This document shows positions 45,006 through 55,369 of a DNA stretch of 64,000 nt, piece after piece. The notes below the pieces were generated by a model. It was not told where the DNA came from, did no database searches, and saw nothing but the letters and a program-made list of their open reading frames with translations. The translations under genes and the position numbers were made by a program. Source of the DNA: Alphaproteobacteria bacterium (GTDB taxonomy: Bacteria; Pseudomonadota; Alphaproteobacteria; SMXP01). Numbering within the stretch: position 1 is the first letter of the stretch; each line of letters opens with the position of its first letter. Location: the NCBI GenBank assembly GCA_028285305.1, contig JANQPV010000037.1, forward strand, positions 4,724-68,723, read 5' to 3'.

Positions 45006-46412
45006 TTAGCTCGATTCGCCTTCATCCATCGCGAGGACACCGTCCACAATGACTTTCATCCCCGACCCCAAAGATCCCTTGACCATAACGATATCCCCCG
45101 GCTGCAAATCGCTGTTAAGCGCTTCAACCAATTCCGCTGCGGTGTCGGCATAAGCCCCTTTCCGGCTTGAGTCCAATCCATTCCACAAATGTTTCATGTA
45201 TGGCCCCGCAAGGTAAACACGATCCACATTCATTTCCGTAATCGGATGAATCAGGTCCTTATGGTAGTGCTCGGCGTTCTCGCCTAACTCAAGCATATCG
45301 CCCAGGACCGCAAGCGTGCGCACTGAAGGCTCAGCTTTGCGTCCGGCAAGCGTGCGCAAGGCCGAGGCCATGGACGCAGGATTTGCGTTGTAAGACTCAT
45401 CGATCAGCGAAACGTGCCCGCCCGGCAACGCTATTCGGTGTGTTCTGCCCCGTCCTTCCCGAGGTTGAACGTTGCTCAAATGACCAGCAGCAGATTGAAG
45501 ATCGGCTCCAGCCAGCCGAACAGCGGTCAACACGGCGATACTGTTCATCGCAATATGCCGCCCAGGAATGTTCAAAGTATAGGTAACGGGGCTCCCTAAT
45601 ATCTCCGCCTCGACGACAGTCCCCTCCGACGCTGACTGAAGGTTCACCAATCGAGACTGCGCCGAGGACTGCGATCCAAACGCAAAAATGTCTCTAACGC
45701 CAACGTCTTGGGCTCTTTTCTTGAGATGTTCGAAGAAATTGCCATCTTCATTGAGGATGGCCGCCCCAGATGAATCCATCCCTTCGAAGATTTCGGCTTT
45801 CGCATCTGCGATTCCCTCAAGCCCCTCAAAAAACTCAATGTGAACCGGCTCTATGGCCGTAATAATTGAAATGTGCGGCCGGACCATCTTTGTAAGCGGC
45901 CGGATCTCGTTGGCGTGGTTCATTCCCAGTTCGAAGACACCAAATTTGGTGCTCGCCGGCATTCGAGCCAAGGTGAGCGGGACTCCCAAGTGGTTGTTAT
46001 AGGAGGCAACGGACGCATGCGTTGGCGCTTGCACAGACAGGACCGCGCGCAACATATCCTTCGTACCCGTCTTGCCCACACTCCCCGTCACGGCAATGCG
46101 CGTTGCATCCGCTCTTTCCCGCGATGCCGTCCCAAGAGCCTGCAATGCGATCAGTGTGTCGCTAACCACGACCGCGGGCTGATCTTCGCTGAGCCGTTCG
46201 GAAACCAAAGCTGCCGCTGCACCTTTAGAAAGGGCATCATCGACAAATCGATGGCCATCGCTGTTTTCACCCTTGATAGCGACAAATAGGTCGCCCTTTT
46301 CAAGTGTGCGCGAGTCGATAGAAACGCCGTACACGTCCCATTGCGCTTGCGGCACCGCCTTGCCCCCTGTTGCACGGACAATCTCATCACATGTCCAAAG
46401 AACCTCAGTCAC
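45006..46412 (-). CDS. murF: UDP-MurNAc-tripeptide--D-Ala-D-Ala ligase
   Basis: Motifs SIDSR, TGSVGKT, NNHLGVP, ELGMNH, DESYNANP, VKGS. GTG 46412 has a GGAGG RBS. Confidence 0.97.
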   Translation of the reverse strand: MTEVLWTCDEIVRATGGKAVPQAQWDVYGVSIDSRTLEKGDLFVAIKGENSDGHRFVDDALSKGAAAALVSERLSEDQPAVVVSDTLIALQALGTASRERADATRIAVTGSVGKTGTKDMLRAVLSVQAPTHASVASYNNHLGVPLTLARMPASTKFGVFELGMNHANEIRPLTKMVRPHISIITAIEPVHIEFFEGLEGIADAKAEIFEGMDSSGAAILNEDGNFFEHLKKRAQDVGVRDIFAFGSQSSAQSRLVNLQSASEGTVVEAEILGSPVTYTLNIPGRHIAMNSIAVLTAVRLAGADLQSAAGHLSNVQPREGRGRTHRIALPGGHVSLIDESYNANPASMASALRTLAGRKAEPSVRTLAVLGDMLELGENAEHYHKDLIHPITEMNVDRVYLAGPYMKHLWNGLDSSRKGAYADTAAELVEALNSDLQPGDIVMVKGSLGSGMKVIVDGVLAMDEGESS

Positions 46413-47922
46413 ACTGGCCTCCATGTTCAAGGAGAGCTTGTCTTGCAACCGCTCTGTCATCAAATGGCAAGATTTTCGAGCCGATATGCTGACCCGTCTC
46501 ATGGCCTTTTCCAGCGATCACAAGAACGTCCCCTTCTGCCAAGTTCGAGACCGCGTGATGGATGGCTTCAGCGCGATCCGGTATCTCAACGGCTCCGTCC
46601 ATGCAACTCATGATGCTGGACCTGATTTCCGCTGGGTCTTCCGAGCGCGGATTATCGTCCGTGATGTAACAACGATCCGCCAAATAATCAGCCCGTTCGC
46701 CCATGATTGCCCGCTTTCCCGCATCGCGATCCCCACCCGCACCGAAGACAACATGCAATTGCCGTTGGGTATGATCACGCAGGGTTTGGAGTATCGTCAT
46801 TAACGCATCCGGCGTGTGCGCATAGTCCACAAAAACCAATGCGCCCCTCTTTGACTGGCCGATGCACTCGAGACGACCTGGCACACCCTCCAGGCATTCA
46901 AGCGCGCCCATCACATCTGGTACACCTATATCCGTGGCTAGGGCTAGTCCCGCTGCAACTAACGCATTGTCGAGCTGAAAGCGGCCGAACAGTGGAAATG
47001 CGATCTCATACTCCACCCCGTCAAAGCAAACGTGCACCAAGTGGCCGGTATCAGTCGGCACTTCATTGAGTAACCGCAGTCCATCATTCGCCAATTCGTA
47101 TCCACCAACCGGAAGGACGCGTCTTCCAGATTGCAGGCAGAGTTCGCGCACCCGTTCCCCGTACGCCGTATCGACATGCACAATAGCAAAGTGATCGCGC
47201 GGCAGTAGCTGGGTGAAGAGACGACACTTCGCATGGAAGTAATCCTCCATTGAGGCATGATAATCGAGATGGTCCTGCGACAAATTCGTGAACGCCGCGA
47301 CACGCACATTAAGTCCATCCAATCGATATTGATCAAGACCATGACTCGATGCTTCCACGGCGAGATGCGTGACACCGGTCAGTGCCATGGCCTGCACCGC
47401 CTCATGCAATTGCAACGGGTCTGGAGAAGTGAGGCCGAGCGGCCGCGTTCCGTCTTTCGAACTTAAACCCAGTGTGCCGATACTCCCCGCCTGTTTTCCA
47501 GCGGCAGCCCAAAATTGTTGAAGAAACCGGGCGACCGAGGTCTTGCCGTTGGTGCCTGTAATCGCAGCAATACAATCAGGTTGCGGAGCATAAAGCTTAG
47601 AGGCCGTTCGACTAACGGCCAGCCTAACATTCTTCACACCAACGAGAACAACGGCATCGTCGGACACCATCGCACGCGCTTCGGAAACGCGCGCACGATC
47701 AAGAACAACGGCCGATGCGCCACGATCTACGGCGTCACAAATGAATGAAAATCCGTCTAGTGAAGTACCGCCAATGGCAAAAAAGAGGTTATCTTTCTGC
47801 ACACGACGGCTGTCCATCGCAAGTCCAGAAATGTCTATTTGGCTCACATCGATAAAGTCGGCGGTGTCAATTGTGACCTCGCTTTGACAGTCTTCAGCTC
47901 CAAGCAGCTGTCTTAACTTCAT
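46405..47922 (-). CDS. murE: UDP-MurNAc-dipeptide--meso-DAP ligase
   Basis: Motifs TGTNGKT, EASSHG, TNLSQDHLDYH, VDYAHTPD, the DAP-specific DNPR, and AGKGHE. Confidence 0.98.
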   Translation of the reverse strand: MKLRQLLGAEDCQSEVTIDTADFIDVSQIDISGLAMDSRRVQKDNLFFAIGGTSLDGFSFICDAVDRGASAVVLDRARVSEARAMVSDDAVVLVGVKNVRLAVSRTASKLYAPQPDCIAAITGTNGKTSVARFLQQFWAAAGKQAGSIGTLGLSSKDGTRPLGLTSPDPLQLHEAVQAMALTGVTHLAVEASSHGLDQYRLDGLNVRVAAFTNLSQDHLDYHASMEDYFHAKCRLFTQLLPRDHFAIVHVDTAYGERVRELCLQSGRRVLPVGGYELANDGLRLLNEVPTDTGHLVHVCFDGVEYEIAFPLFGRFQLDNALVAAGLALATDIGVPDVMGALECLEGVPGRLECIGQSKRGALVFVDYAHTPDALMTILQTLRDHTQRQLHVVFGAGGDRDAGKRAIMGERADYLADRCYITDDNPRSEDPAEIRSSIMSCMDGAVEIPDRAEAIHHAVSNLAEGDVLVIAGKGHETGQHIGSKILPFDDRAVARQALLEHGGQCD

Positions 47923-47936
47923 CCAGATACACTACT

Positions 47937-49691
47937 CTAACGCACCGTAAACGCCGCACGCTGAACTTCAACTTGCGGCTCGATTTCCTCAAAAACCGGA
48001 TTGATTCCCAACACCGGACCGATTTTCTTGATCAAACTTCCAGCCAAGGGCGCCGCGTTCCACCCAGCCGTCGCATGCCAGTGAGTCTCTGCTGTCCCCT
48101 TGGGCTCATCTAGCATAACAAATACGACAAATTTTGGATCCTCGGACGGAAAAACGGCCAGAAACGAAGTGATAAGATCACGCCGATTGTAGCCTCCCGC
48201 TGTGCTCTTTTCCGCAGTTCCTGTTTTACCACCAACTCTGTAGCCGGGCACATTGGCATTGCCCGCCGTGCCATCTGTGACCACCGATCTCAACAGTTTG
48301 CGCATGATCTTTGCTGTGGCCGGCGAGACCACACGATCTCGCTCCTCAAGGTCGCCGACTTCTCGTTTGCGAATTGTAGGTTCTACATAGTAGCCGCCAT
48401 TAACGATCGAAGCAGCCGCAGATGACAATTGCAGGGGAGAGACAGCGATGCCGTGACCGAACGAAATCGTTGCAGCACGCACTTCCCGCCAATTGAGTGG
48501 AACACTCGGATCGCCCACTTCGGGCAGCTCAATGGGCGATCGCTCCAACAGACCCAAAGACTGAACGAACTGCTGGTGCCGCATCACACCGACATCACGC
48601 GCCATCTTCGCGGCCCCAATATTTGACGAATGCATTAATATTTCGGGGACGCTCAGCCACCGTCCTTGACCGTGAAAGTCGCGAATCTTGAAGCGCCCGT
48701 ATTGCAGAGGTTTCGACGTATCGTATCCGTCCGCCAGCGAAACGGTTCTGTTTTCTAGGGCCATCGCGACCGTGAAAACTTTGAATACGGAGCCAAGCTC
48801 GTAAACCCCTTTGGTCGCCGAGTTGAACCGCGCAGTACGGTCGGTCACCGGCTTGTTTGGATCGAAGTCCGGCAGCGACGTCATCGCGATCACTTCCCCG
48901 GAGTGCACATCCATCACAACCCCCGCCGCACCGCGCGCTGCAAACTTCTTCATCGATTTGGCCAATTCGGCACGGAGCAGGAATTGAACGCGGGAATCGA
49001 GCGATAGCTCAAGGGGACGCCGCAAAAGACGTGCTTGAAGAATGTCTTGTTCTAAGGACAGCTCAACGCCTGCTATACCGTTGTTATCAACATCGACATA
49101 TCCAAGAACATGCGCAGCTTGCCGCCTTTGGGGATACGACCGGCCGATGCCTGTGGTGTAGGACACACCGGCAATTCCCTCGGCATGGATAGAAGCGCAC
49201 GTTGCCAAATCCAAGTTGCGCGCGAGGGTGATCTCGTGTCGGTTTGACGTTAACCTGCGAAACAAATCGTCGTAGCTTCGGGATGGAACGTGCTCATGCA
49301 GCCGCCGGGCTGTATCGGCGGGAGTCCAAACATGCCTTGGAAAACCCTTCAGCGTACAAACTTTAACGTCGGTCGCGTAGAGCTCCCCATTTCGATCTAC
49401 AATATCTCCCCTTGCGGAGCTTAGACCCGCCCCGCCGCTTCCTTCAGCGCCAGCAACGGCAGGCGATGTTAACATGATACCGACCAATTTGGTAGCAACA
49501 CTTCCAAAGGTGATGAAAAGACATGCCGCCAGCGCCATGATGCGGAACGAAGCAGAGCGCGTCGACTGCGTCATCAGATAGGTTTTACGGATATGTGCAG
49601 CTATCCCAATGCCGCCGCTGTCGAGATAGCCACACATCCCGTCGGGCACAAATACGCCCGGTCCAGAGTCTTTCGGCTTTACGTCAGCCAT
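47937..49691 (-). CDS. ftsI: Class B penicillin-binding protein FtsI
   Basis: RGDIVDRNG, catalytic SVFK, SSN, KTGT; dcw position. Confidence 0.96.
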   Translation of the reverse strand: MADVKPKDSGPGVFVPDGMCGYLDSGGIGIAAHIRKTYLMTQSTRSASFRIMALAACLFITFGSVATKLVGIMLTSPAVAGAEGSGGAGLSSARGDIVDRNGELYATDVKVCTLKGFPRHVWTPADTARRLHEHVPSRSYDDLFRRLTSNRHEITLARNLDLATCASIHAEGIAGVSYTTGIGRSYPQRRQAAHVLGYVDVDNNGIAGVELSLEQDILQARLLRRPLELSLDSRVQFLLRAELAKSMKKFAARGAAGVVMDVHSGEVIAMTSLPDFDPNKPVTDRTARFNSATKGVYELGSVFKVFTVAMALENRTVSLADGYDTSKPLQYGRFKIRDFHGQGRWLSVPEILMHSSNIGAAKMARDVGVMRHQQFVQSLGLLERSPIELPEVGDPSVPLNWREVRAATISFGHGIAVSPLQLSSAAASIVNGGYYVEPTIRKREVGDLEERDRVVSPATAKIMRKLLRSVVTDGTAGNANVPGYRVGGKTGTAEKSTAGGYNRRDLITSFLAVFPSEDPKFVVFVMLDEPKGTAETHWHATAGWNAAPLAGSLIKKIGPVLGINPVFEEIEPQVEVQRAAFTVR

Positions 49692-50079
49692 CAGAATTGC
49701 CTCCTCTGGAAAAACTGTCTGAGAGGAGACGTTCAAGCTCCTCGACTTCATACTCTAATTCGGGGCCGAGTTGATCGCCTTCATCGCTTTCGCCAACCGG
49801 CCGAAGCGGAACGTTTGCCAGCTCTGCTATCTGACCCGGCTCCGTCATTTGCAGATCTTGCGACAGATATTCCGCCACCAGCGCTTCCAGGCGATCTGGA
49901 TTGTTCAAGAAGGCCCACTCAGCCCTGAGCATCTTTATTTCTTCTTGACGCTTAACCAATTCAATTCGAAGTTGCTCAACACGCTTATCCGCGCGCGTTG
50001 TATTGAGTTTCAAGCTGTACATCCCGAATGCGCTGAGAATCACGACAGAGATTATTCCCACACCCCAGAACTTGGTCAT
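49684..50079 (-). CDS. ftsL: Cell division protein FtsL
   Basis: TM helix plus coiled coil with LRAEWAFLNNPDRL; ATGA overlap with rsmH; lies between rsmH and ftsI. Confidence 0.88.
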   Translation of the reverse strand: MTKFWGVGIISVVILSAFGMYSLKLNTTRADKRVEQLRIELVKRQEEIKMLRAEWAFLNNPDRLEALVAEYLSQDLQMTEPGQIAELANVPLRPVGESDEGDQLGPELEYEVEELERLLSDSFSRGGNSDG

Positions 50080-51083
50080 CGAATCGCTCCAACAACAACA
50101 CTGGGACCGGGAAAGGCTCCAGCTATGGCGGCCCATTCCGTTCTAACGCCATATCTCAACTTTGCGGACCGGGACCTACTATTTGAGCCAATTTCCTCCG
50201 AACTCGGTGTTTTGGGTCTACGGAACGGCAGATAAAAAGAAGGCTGAACGCTTGGTTCCTGTCGGTCGGGCAAGTACCGCGAAGGTTGAGGCTTTTGGCC
50301 ACTGCGTTGCGCAAAGAAAGTCTTTACCAATCGGTCTTCCAGCGAATGAAAGGCAACAACGATGAGCCGGCCAGCAGGTTTTAGCAATCGTTCGGCCGCC
50401 ATCAGGCCTCGCCACAGCTCTTCGAGTTCATTATTCACCAGAATACGAATCGCCTGAAACGTTTTGGTCGCCGGATGGATCTTACGGCGCGGATTCGGGG
50501 GAACGGCTGACGCCACACATTCCGCCAACTGCGCAGTTGTCGCAATGGGAACCTTATCTCGCTCGACAGTGATCCTTTGAGCAATGCGCCGCGCCATCTT
50601 CTCTTCGCCATAAACGCGGATCACATCTTCCAGCTCCCGAACACTGGCTTGATTAACAAACTGTTCAGCCGTGAAATCAGTTTCTCCCATGCGCATATCC
50701 AGGGGGCCATCCGAATTGAACGAAAACCCCCTTTGCGGCTGGTCCAATTGCATGGATGAAACACCGAGATCCAAAGTCACACCGTCTACAGAAGGTTGAT
50801 TGATTGATTCGAGAGTCTCTACCATTTCGCAGAATGTACGATTGTGCAAACATAATCGATCCGCGTACCGGTCCCGCCACTGATTGGCTACGAGTATGGC
50901 AGTTAAATCTCTGTCGAAGGCATGAACGCGGCAGTCGGATGCTTCGAGTATCGCACGCGTGTACCCTCCGCCGCCCAACGTTCCGTCAACATACGTTTCG
51001 CCGTCCTTGGGTTCTAAAAGGTCAAGAACCTCTTGAAGCATAACGGGTTGATGCCCGGACCGATCTCGTTCGTGAGTTACCAT
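50076..51083 (-). CDS. rsmH: 16S rRNA m4C1402 methyltransferase
   Basis: Motifs H.PV, DGTLGGGGY, DLGVSSMQ, RGFSF, PLDMRM, FQAIRI.VN, FHSLEDR, RSAKLR. Confidence 0.98.
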   Translation of the reverse strand: MVTHERDRSGHQPVMLQEVLDLLEPKDGETYVDGTLGGGGYTRAILEASDCRVHAFDRDLTAILVANQWRDRYADRLCLHNRTFCEMVETLESINQPSVDGVTLDLGVSSMQLDQPQRGFSFNSDGPLDMRMGETDFTAEQFVNQASVRELEDVIRVYGEEKMARRIAQRITVERDKVPIATTAQLAECVASAVPPNPRRKIHPATKTFQAIRILVNNELEELWRGLMAAERLLKPAGRLIVVAFHSLEDRLVKTFFAQRSGQKPQPSRYLPDRQEPSVQPSFYLPFRRPKTPSSEEIGSNSRSRSAKLRYGVRTEWAAIAGAFPGPSVVVGAIR

Positions 51084-51556
51084 TCGCGGTCACTCCTGTC
51101 AGGTGGCGGAGGGTTTTTGCGCGGCTTCAACAGACCTCGATTTTGCTTGGCCAACTCACGAGCCATCATGCGGTGTTCTTCATACTTGCCCGGATGCCAC
51201 ATTTGGAACTTTTCACCCAGCCCGACAAATGCGACCTGATCTTCGATATCGGCATGATCAAAAAAGCTCTGTGCCGGTGAGATGCGCCCCTCCCGATCGA
51301 TCGGCAGGCGGAAACTGTCCGCGATTATGGAGATTTCAAACGCCCCGCGCACTTCATCATAGGGGTCACGGTCTTCGATGTAGGCCTTCATCTTTTCGAA
51401 ATAGGCTTGGCCCGCGCCCTCAAGACACTCTCCGACAAAAGCGGGAAAACACACGACGGCACTTTCTTTCGCTTCGCTCAAGACATTGCGAAAGTCGACG
51501 GGAACGGAAACCCGTCCCTTCGCATCCACGTTTTTGATGTGTGTGCCCATGAACAT
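51077..51556 (-). CDS. mraZ: Transcriptional regulator MraZ
   Basis: Two DxxGR motifs (DAKGRVSVP, DREGRI) and FVG.GEKFQMW; first gene of the dcw cluster. Confidence 0.93.
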   Translation of the reverse strand: MFMGTHIKNVDAKGRVSVPVDFRNVLSEAKESAVVCFPAFVGECLEGAGQAYFEKMKAYIEDRDPYDEVRGAFEISIIADSFRLPIDREGRISPAQSFFDHADIEDQVAFVGLGEKFQMWHPGKYEEHRMMARELAKQNRGLLKPRKNPPPPDRSDREW

Positions 51557-51650
51557 TCACGACCATCTCTAATGCGGCGCTCTCTATGTGAGCGTGCCGA
51601 TAGATGTCTTTCACCGTCCGCAATACGGACGAAGCCCTCTCACAACGAGT

Positions 51651-51695
51651 TGGGATAGCTTGGGATAGCATGGGCTCGTTTGGGAGTCAATGGGT
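51651..51695. promoter_or_regulatory. MraZ-binding repeat array
   Basis: TGGG begins at 51651, 51661, 51671, 51681 and 51691 (exact 10-nt period), upstream of mraZ. Confidence 0.8.
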
Positions 51696-51904
51696 CGACA
51701 GATTTTCTAATGAATTTTCAAGGACTTACTTAAACTTCATTGACGAACTCTAAACGGGTCACGAAATGCATACATGTTCACCAAAAGTATCGGCTCTGTT
51801 CGACAATCATTCAGGCCTGTGGAAAACTCAAGCGGAGATTCACGCGCGTCAGTATGATTTGGGTGCGCCGGATCTGCCCAAATGGACCCTCATGTGAACG
51901 AAAT

Positions 51905-52250
<346 letters not shown>

Positions 52251-52269
52251 CAAGAGATCATACGCCGTT

Positions 52270-53037
52270 TCAGTCCGGTGTACAATTGTCAGCCAGTCCA
52301 AGTAGGTCATCCATAATCAGTTCGCAATGTTCCAAGTAAGGCGGCTGCGGATCAGGTTCTTCCCAATGCGTCTCCGGGTGCCAAAAATGTCTCAAGAGAG
52401 CAATGACATTGAACGACAGCAGGGTGTCAAAGTCGTCGTTGTCACTCACTTCATAACCAAAACGCGCGAATTTACCTTTCAGCCTCCTGACGAAATCAGG
52501 ATTGATTGGCCTCGAAAGGCTATCTTTGCGAGGCAGAGACGAGGAGATCACTGAAGGCCAAACCCCCACTCCATGAGACGCCAAATGCGCCCACGGGAAT
52601 TTTTCTCCTGGATCTTGTTTGCGCGCCGGGGCAACGTCCGAATGACCGAGCACCCGTGCCGGCGCAATAGAATGCCGGCCCAAGATCGAAGTACAAAGCT
52701 CCAACACCGCGTCAATTTGCGAAGCTGGAAAATCTCTGTACCCCCACTCATGACCGGGATTAACAATTTCGATGCCAATTGAGCGGGCGTTGATGTCAGT
52801 CTCACCGGCCCAGAATGCCTTTCCCGCATGCCAAGCCCGCTGGTCCTCATCAACCAATTGATGAATGGAACCATCTTCTTCGACAAAGTAGTGGGCGCTG
52901 ACTTTGGCCTCAGGATCACGCAATCGCGCCAATGCCTCCTCCCCCGTTTTCATCCCCGTGTAGTGCAGGAGCAAAATGTCAATCGGAGTGTCGCCGCGCG
53001 TGTCGTGATTGGGAGAAGGAGACTGACGAACCTGCAT
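52270..53037 (-). CDS. N-acetylmuramoyl-L-alanine amidase (Amidase_2, AmpD/AmiD-like)
   Basis: Motifs SPNH, LHYTGM, VSAHY, RAWHAG, SIGIE, GHSDVAP.RK.DPG. Confidence 0.95.
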   Translation of the reverse strand: MQVRQSPSPNHDTRGDTPIDILLLHYTGMKTGEEALARLRDPEAKVSAHYFVEEDGSIHQLVDEDQRAWHAGKAFWAGETDINARSIGIEIVNPGHEWGYRDFPASQIDAVLELCTSILGRHSIAPARVLGHSDVAPARKQDPGEKFPWAHLASHGVGVWPSVISSSLPRKDSLSRPINPDFVRRLKGKFARFGYEVSDNDDFDTLLSFNVIALLRHFWHPETHWEEPDPQPPYLEHCELIMDDLLGLADNCTPD

Positions 53038-53062
53038 AATCACACTGCCTTTCTGCATCGAG

Positions 53063-53932
53063 CTATTTTTCAGCAACCACATATTCGGGCTGACGCATGG
53101 TAACAATGGCAACCCCGACCAGCGTGATCAATCCCCCCACAAGCATACGCGCCGTCAAGACGTCGCCCAAAAACGCAACCCCCATGGCAACGGTGAAGAT
53201 CGGCGTCAATAATGTCAGGGGAGAGACGATTGTCACCTCATAACGCTGTAGCAGGAAATACATACCCGCATGGGCGATCAGGCTTGAGCAAAAGGCCGCA
53301 AAGACGAGCGCTCCCCATACGGCCAGCGATGCCGATCTAATAGGTTCAACGGGATTGCCTTCGAAAAGCAGCGACATCCCAAGTAGAAAAGGCCAAGAAA
53401 ACATGGCGATCCAGCTTTGCAGGTCATAGACGCCTACATCCTTCAGACGGCGCATGAAAATACTTGAGGTCGCTCCCACGAAAGCCCCCACGATTCCAAG
53501 CAGGAACCCATCCCAGTAGGACAGCACACGCGGATCAAAACTGATAACCATCACACCGACAAACGCGAGAAGAATGCCAAGCCAACGGCGCCATCGGACT
53601 TCTTCGTTCAAGAAGACGATGGACAATAAAGTAGCAAACGGCACACCAAGCTGTGACGCCAACGCCACGGCGGACACATCTTCAGCAATCCGCAGACCGG
53701 TAAAGAATATCCCAAATTGGATACCTCCAGCTGTCATTGCAATCGCGAAGATTGTCCACATCCGGCCTTTGTGGAACTTCAAGAACGGTAACAGCACAAC
53801 CGCGACCAGCAGGAATCGCAGGCCGGTAAACAAAAACGGCGGCATTTCGCTTACGCCGATTTTCGCGCTCACGAGCGTAAGAGCCCACACGAAATTGACC
53901 CCGATCATCAGAGCGAGGTGTTGTGGCGTCAT
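53063..53932 (-). CDS. EamA/DMT family transporter
   Basis: About 10 TM segments in two repeats; PPFL..GLRF, FLNE, FLGD. Confidence 0.92.
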   Translation of the reverse strand: MTPQHLALMIGVNFVWALTLVSAKIGVSEMPPFLFTGLRFLLVAVVLLPFLKFHKGRMWTIFAIAMTAGGIQFGIFFTGLRIAEDVSAVALASQLGVPFATLLSIVFLNEEVRWRRWLGILLAFVGVMVISFDPRVLSYWDGFLLGIVGAFVGATSSIFMRRLKDVGVYDLQSWIAMFSWPFLLGMSLLFEGNPVEPIRSASLAVWGALVFAAFCSSLIAHAGMYFLLQRYEVTIVSPLTLLTPIFTVAMGVAFLGDVLTARMLVGGLITLVGVAIVTMRQPEYVVAEK

Positions 53933-54068
53933 TGCTGTTCTCTTTTATTTTGATGAATGAATGCCGCACGGCGCCTGGTGTTTAACAGGAAAAGCTGCTA
54001 TAGGCCCAGTTTCTACTGATAAGAAAAAAAGACGTCGCGAAACTGTTGGGTGTGTGACTTGGGGTGCG

Positions 54069-54929
54069 ATGAAAAAACCAACGCTGTATTACCATCCGTC
54101 TTCATTTGAGTCTCAGATCGTCAAACTGGCTTTGGCCGAAAAAGGCGTTGCTTTCACACCGCGACCTTTGGATTTAGAGTCGAAGTCCGAGCATCTAAAA
54201 CCATGGTATCTCGAGCTAAATCGGGAAGCGGAGGTGCCGACCCTTCAACATAAGGATATGACGCTCGGTGAGATGGTCACCATCTGTGTTTATATCAACA
54301 ATAATTTTCCCGGTCCGATGCTCGTACCGATCCGAGGATCGGAACGCGAAGAAATGGAAGAATGGGTCAGGCTGTTCCAACAATTTCCGCATCAGGAATT
54401 TTCCATTGGAGTTCTGAGAGGTCCGGAAAAGCGAACGGAGCTCGGCAAACTCCGCCAGTGGATAAAGACCACTGAAAAGCTAGGCGACAAGCACGCTGAG
54501 TTGGACGTGAGATACCAACACACTCAGTCCAAGTACGAAAAGTGGGCCTCCCTCGCGGAGGATGATCGATTCATCTCCAGAGCAAAAACCCGCATTGAAA
54601 AGAGCTTGGACTTGCTGGACAGAAGGCTGAAACAGTCCCGCTGGCTGGCTGGAAACGATTATTCGCTGGCCGACACACTATGGACGGTCTTGTTGGCGAG
54701 ACTCCATTATCTGGGCTTGAGTTCTTTGTGGGCCAACGGAGCCCGTCCCAATGTCGACAGTTTTTACCAACGGGTTCGCGCGCGCAGCAGCTTTTCTAAA
54801 GCGCGTATTCAAACCACACGTTCGCCGTTTAATAAGGTCCTGTTGTTCTTCAAATACAACTGGGAGAACTTGGTACTCGCAGGGATTGTCATGGGCACCG
54901 GAATGGGGCTCATGATGAGCGCGCAATAA
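54069..54929 (+). CDS. Glutathione S-transferase family protein, GDAP1-like, with a C-terminal hydrophobic tail
   Basis: GST-N (LYY..SFESQ.V.L.LAEK, EH..PWY..LN...EVP), a long helical insertion, GST-C (WLAGNDYSLAD, RPNV..FY.RV), and the tail LVLAGIVMGTGMGLMM. Confidence 0.85.
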   Translation: MKKPTLYYHPSSFESQIVKLALAEKGVAFTPRPLDLESKSEHLKPWYLELNREAEVPTLQHKDMTLGEMVTICVYINNNFPGPMLVPIRGSEREEMEEWVRLFQQFPHQEFSIGVLRGPEKRTELGKLRQWIKTTEKLGDKHAELDVRYQHTQSKYEKWASLAEDDRFISRAKTRIEKSLDLLDRRLKQSRWLAGNDYSLADTLWTVLLARLHYLGLSSLWANGARPNVDSFYQRVRARSSFSKARIQTTRSPFNKVLLFFKYNWENLVLAGIVMGTGMGLMMSAQ

Positions 54930-54961
54930 GCGCCATTCGATCTAGTACCGCGAAACAACTG

Positions 54962-55291
54962 TTACCGAACGTTCTCGGGTTCGACTTCAATGACTACACC
55001 GTCGTCGGAACCGCGCCGCGGATCGTCATCTGAATTGTCGAAGACCTGAGCCAGCGACAGCGCAATAATTATAAAGGGGCTCACGAAAAGAACGGCCGTC
55101 AACACTGCAACGGCCAGCGTCAATACGACAATAATCAAACTGAGAAAGAAGATTAGAGCCGCCAAGTGAAGCACGCTGGATAGATCGAAGCGCCGCTTCC
55201 GCCGAATGGACTCATATCTCTGCCTGACCATATCTTCGACAGAGAACCGGACATGCGTCCGAGAAAAGCGAGGGTCTTCATGTTCTTGCAT
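54962..55291 (-). CDS. Hypothetical membrane protein
   Basis: Basic patch, then about 45 hydrophobic residues, then an acidic tail ending VIEVEPENVR. Start uncertain (55291 or 55333). Confidence 0.6.
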   Translation of the reverse strand: MQEHEDPRFSRTHVRFSVEDMVRQRYESIRRKRRFDLSSVLHLAALIFFLSLIIVVLTLAVAVLTAVLFVSPFIIIALSLAQVFDNSDDDPRRGSDDGVVIEVEPENVR

Positions 55292-55369
55292 CGCGCTGTC
55301 CCAGTTTTTTCTGACATATATATATGCGCTCAAACGCCGAATGAAAGTGAACGATCCACAAGGTCCATT

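Noticed and set aside
51651-51695. 10-nt periodic repeats as a possible CRISPR array or iterons
   Set aside because: They are too short, have no spacers and no cas or rep gene nearby; MraZ-binding repeats explain them.
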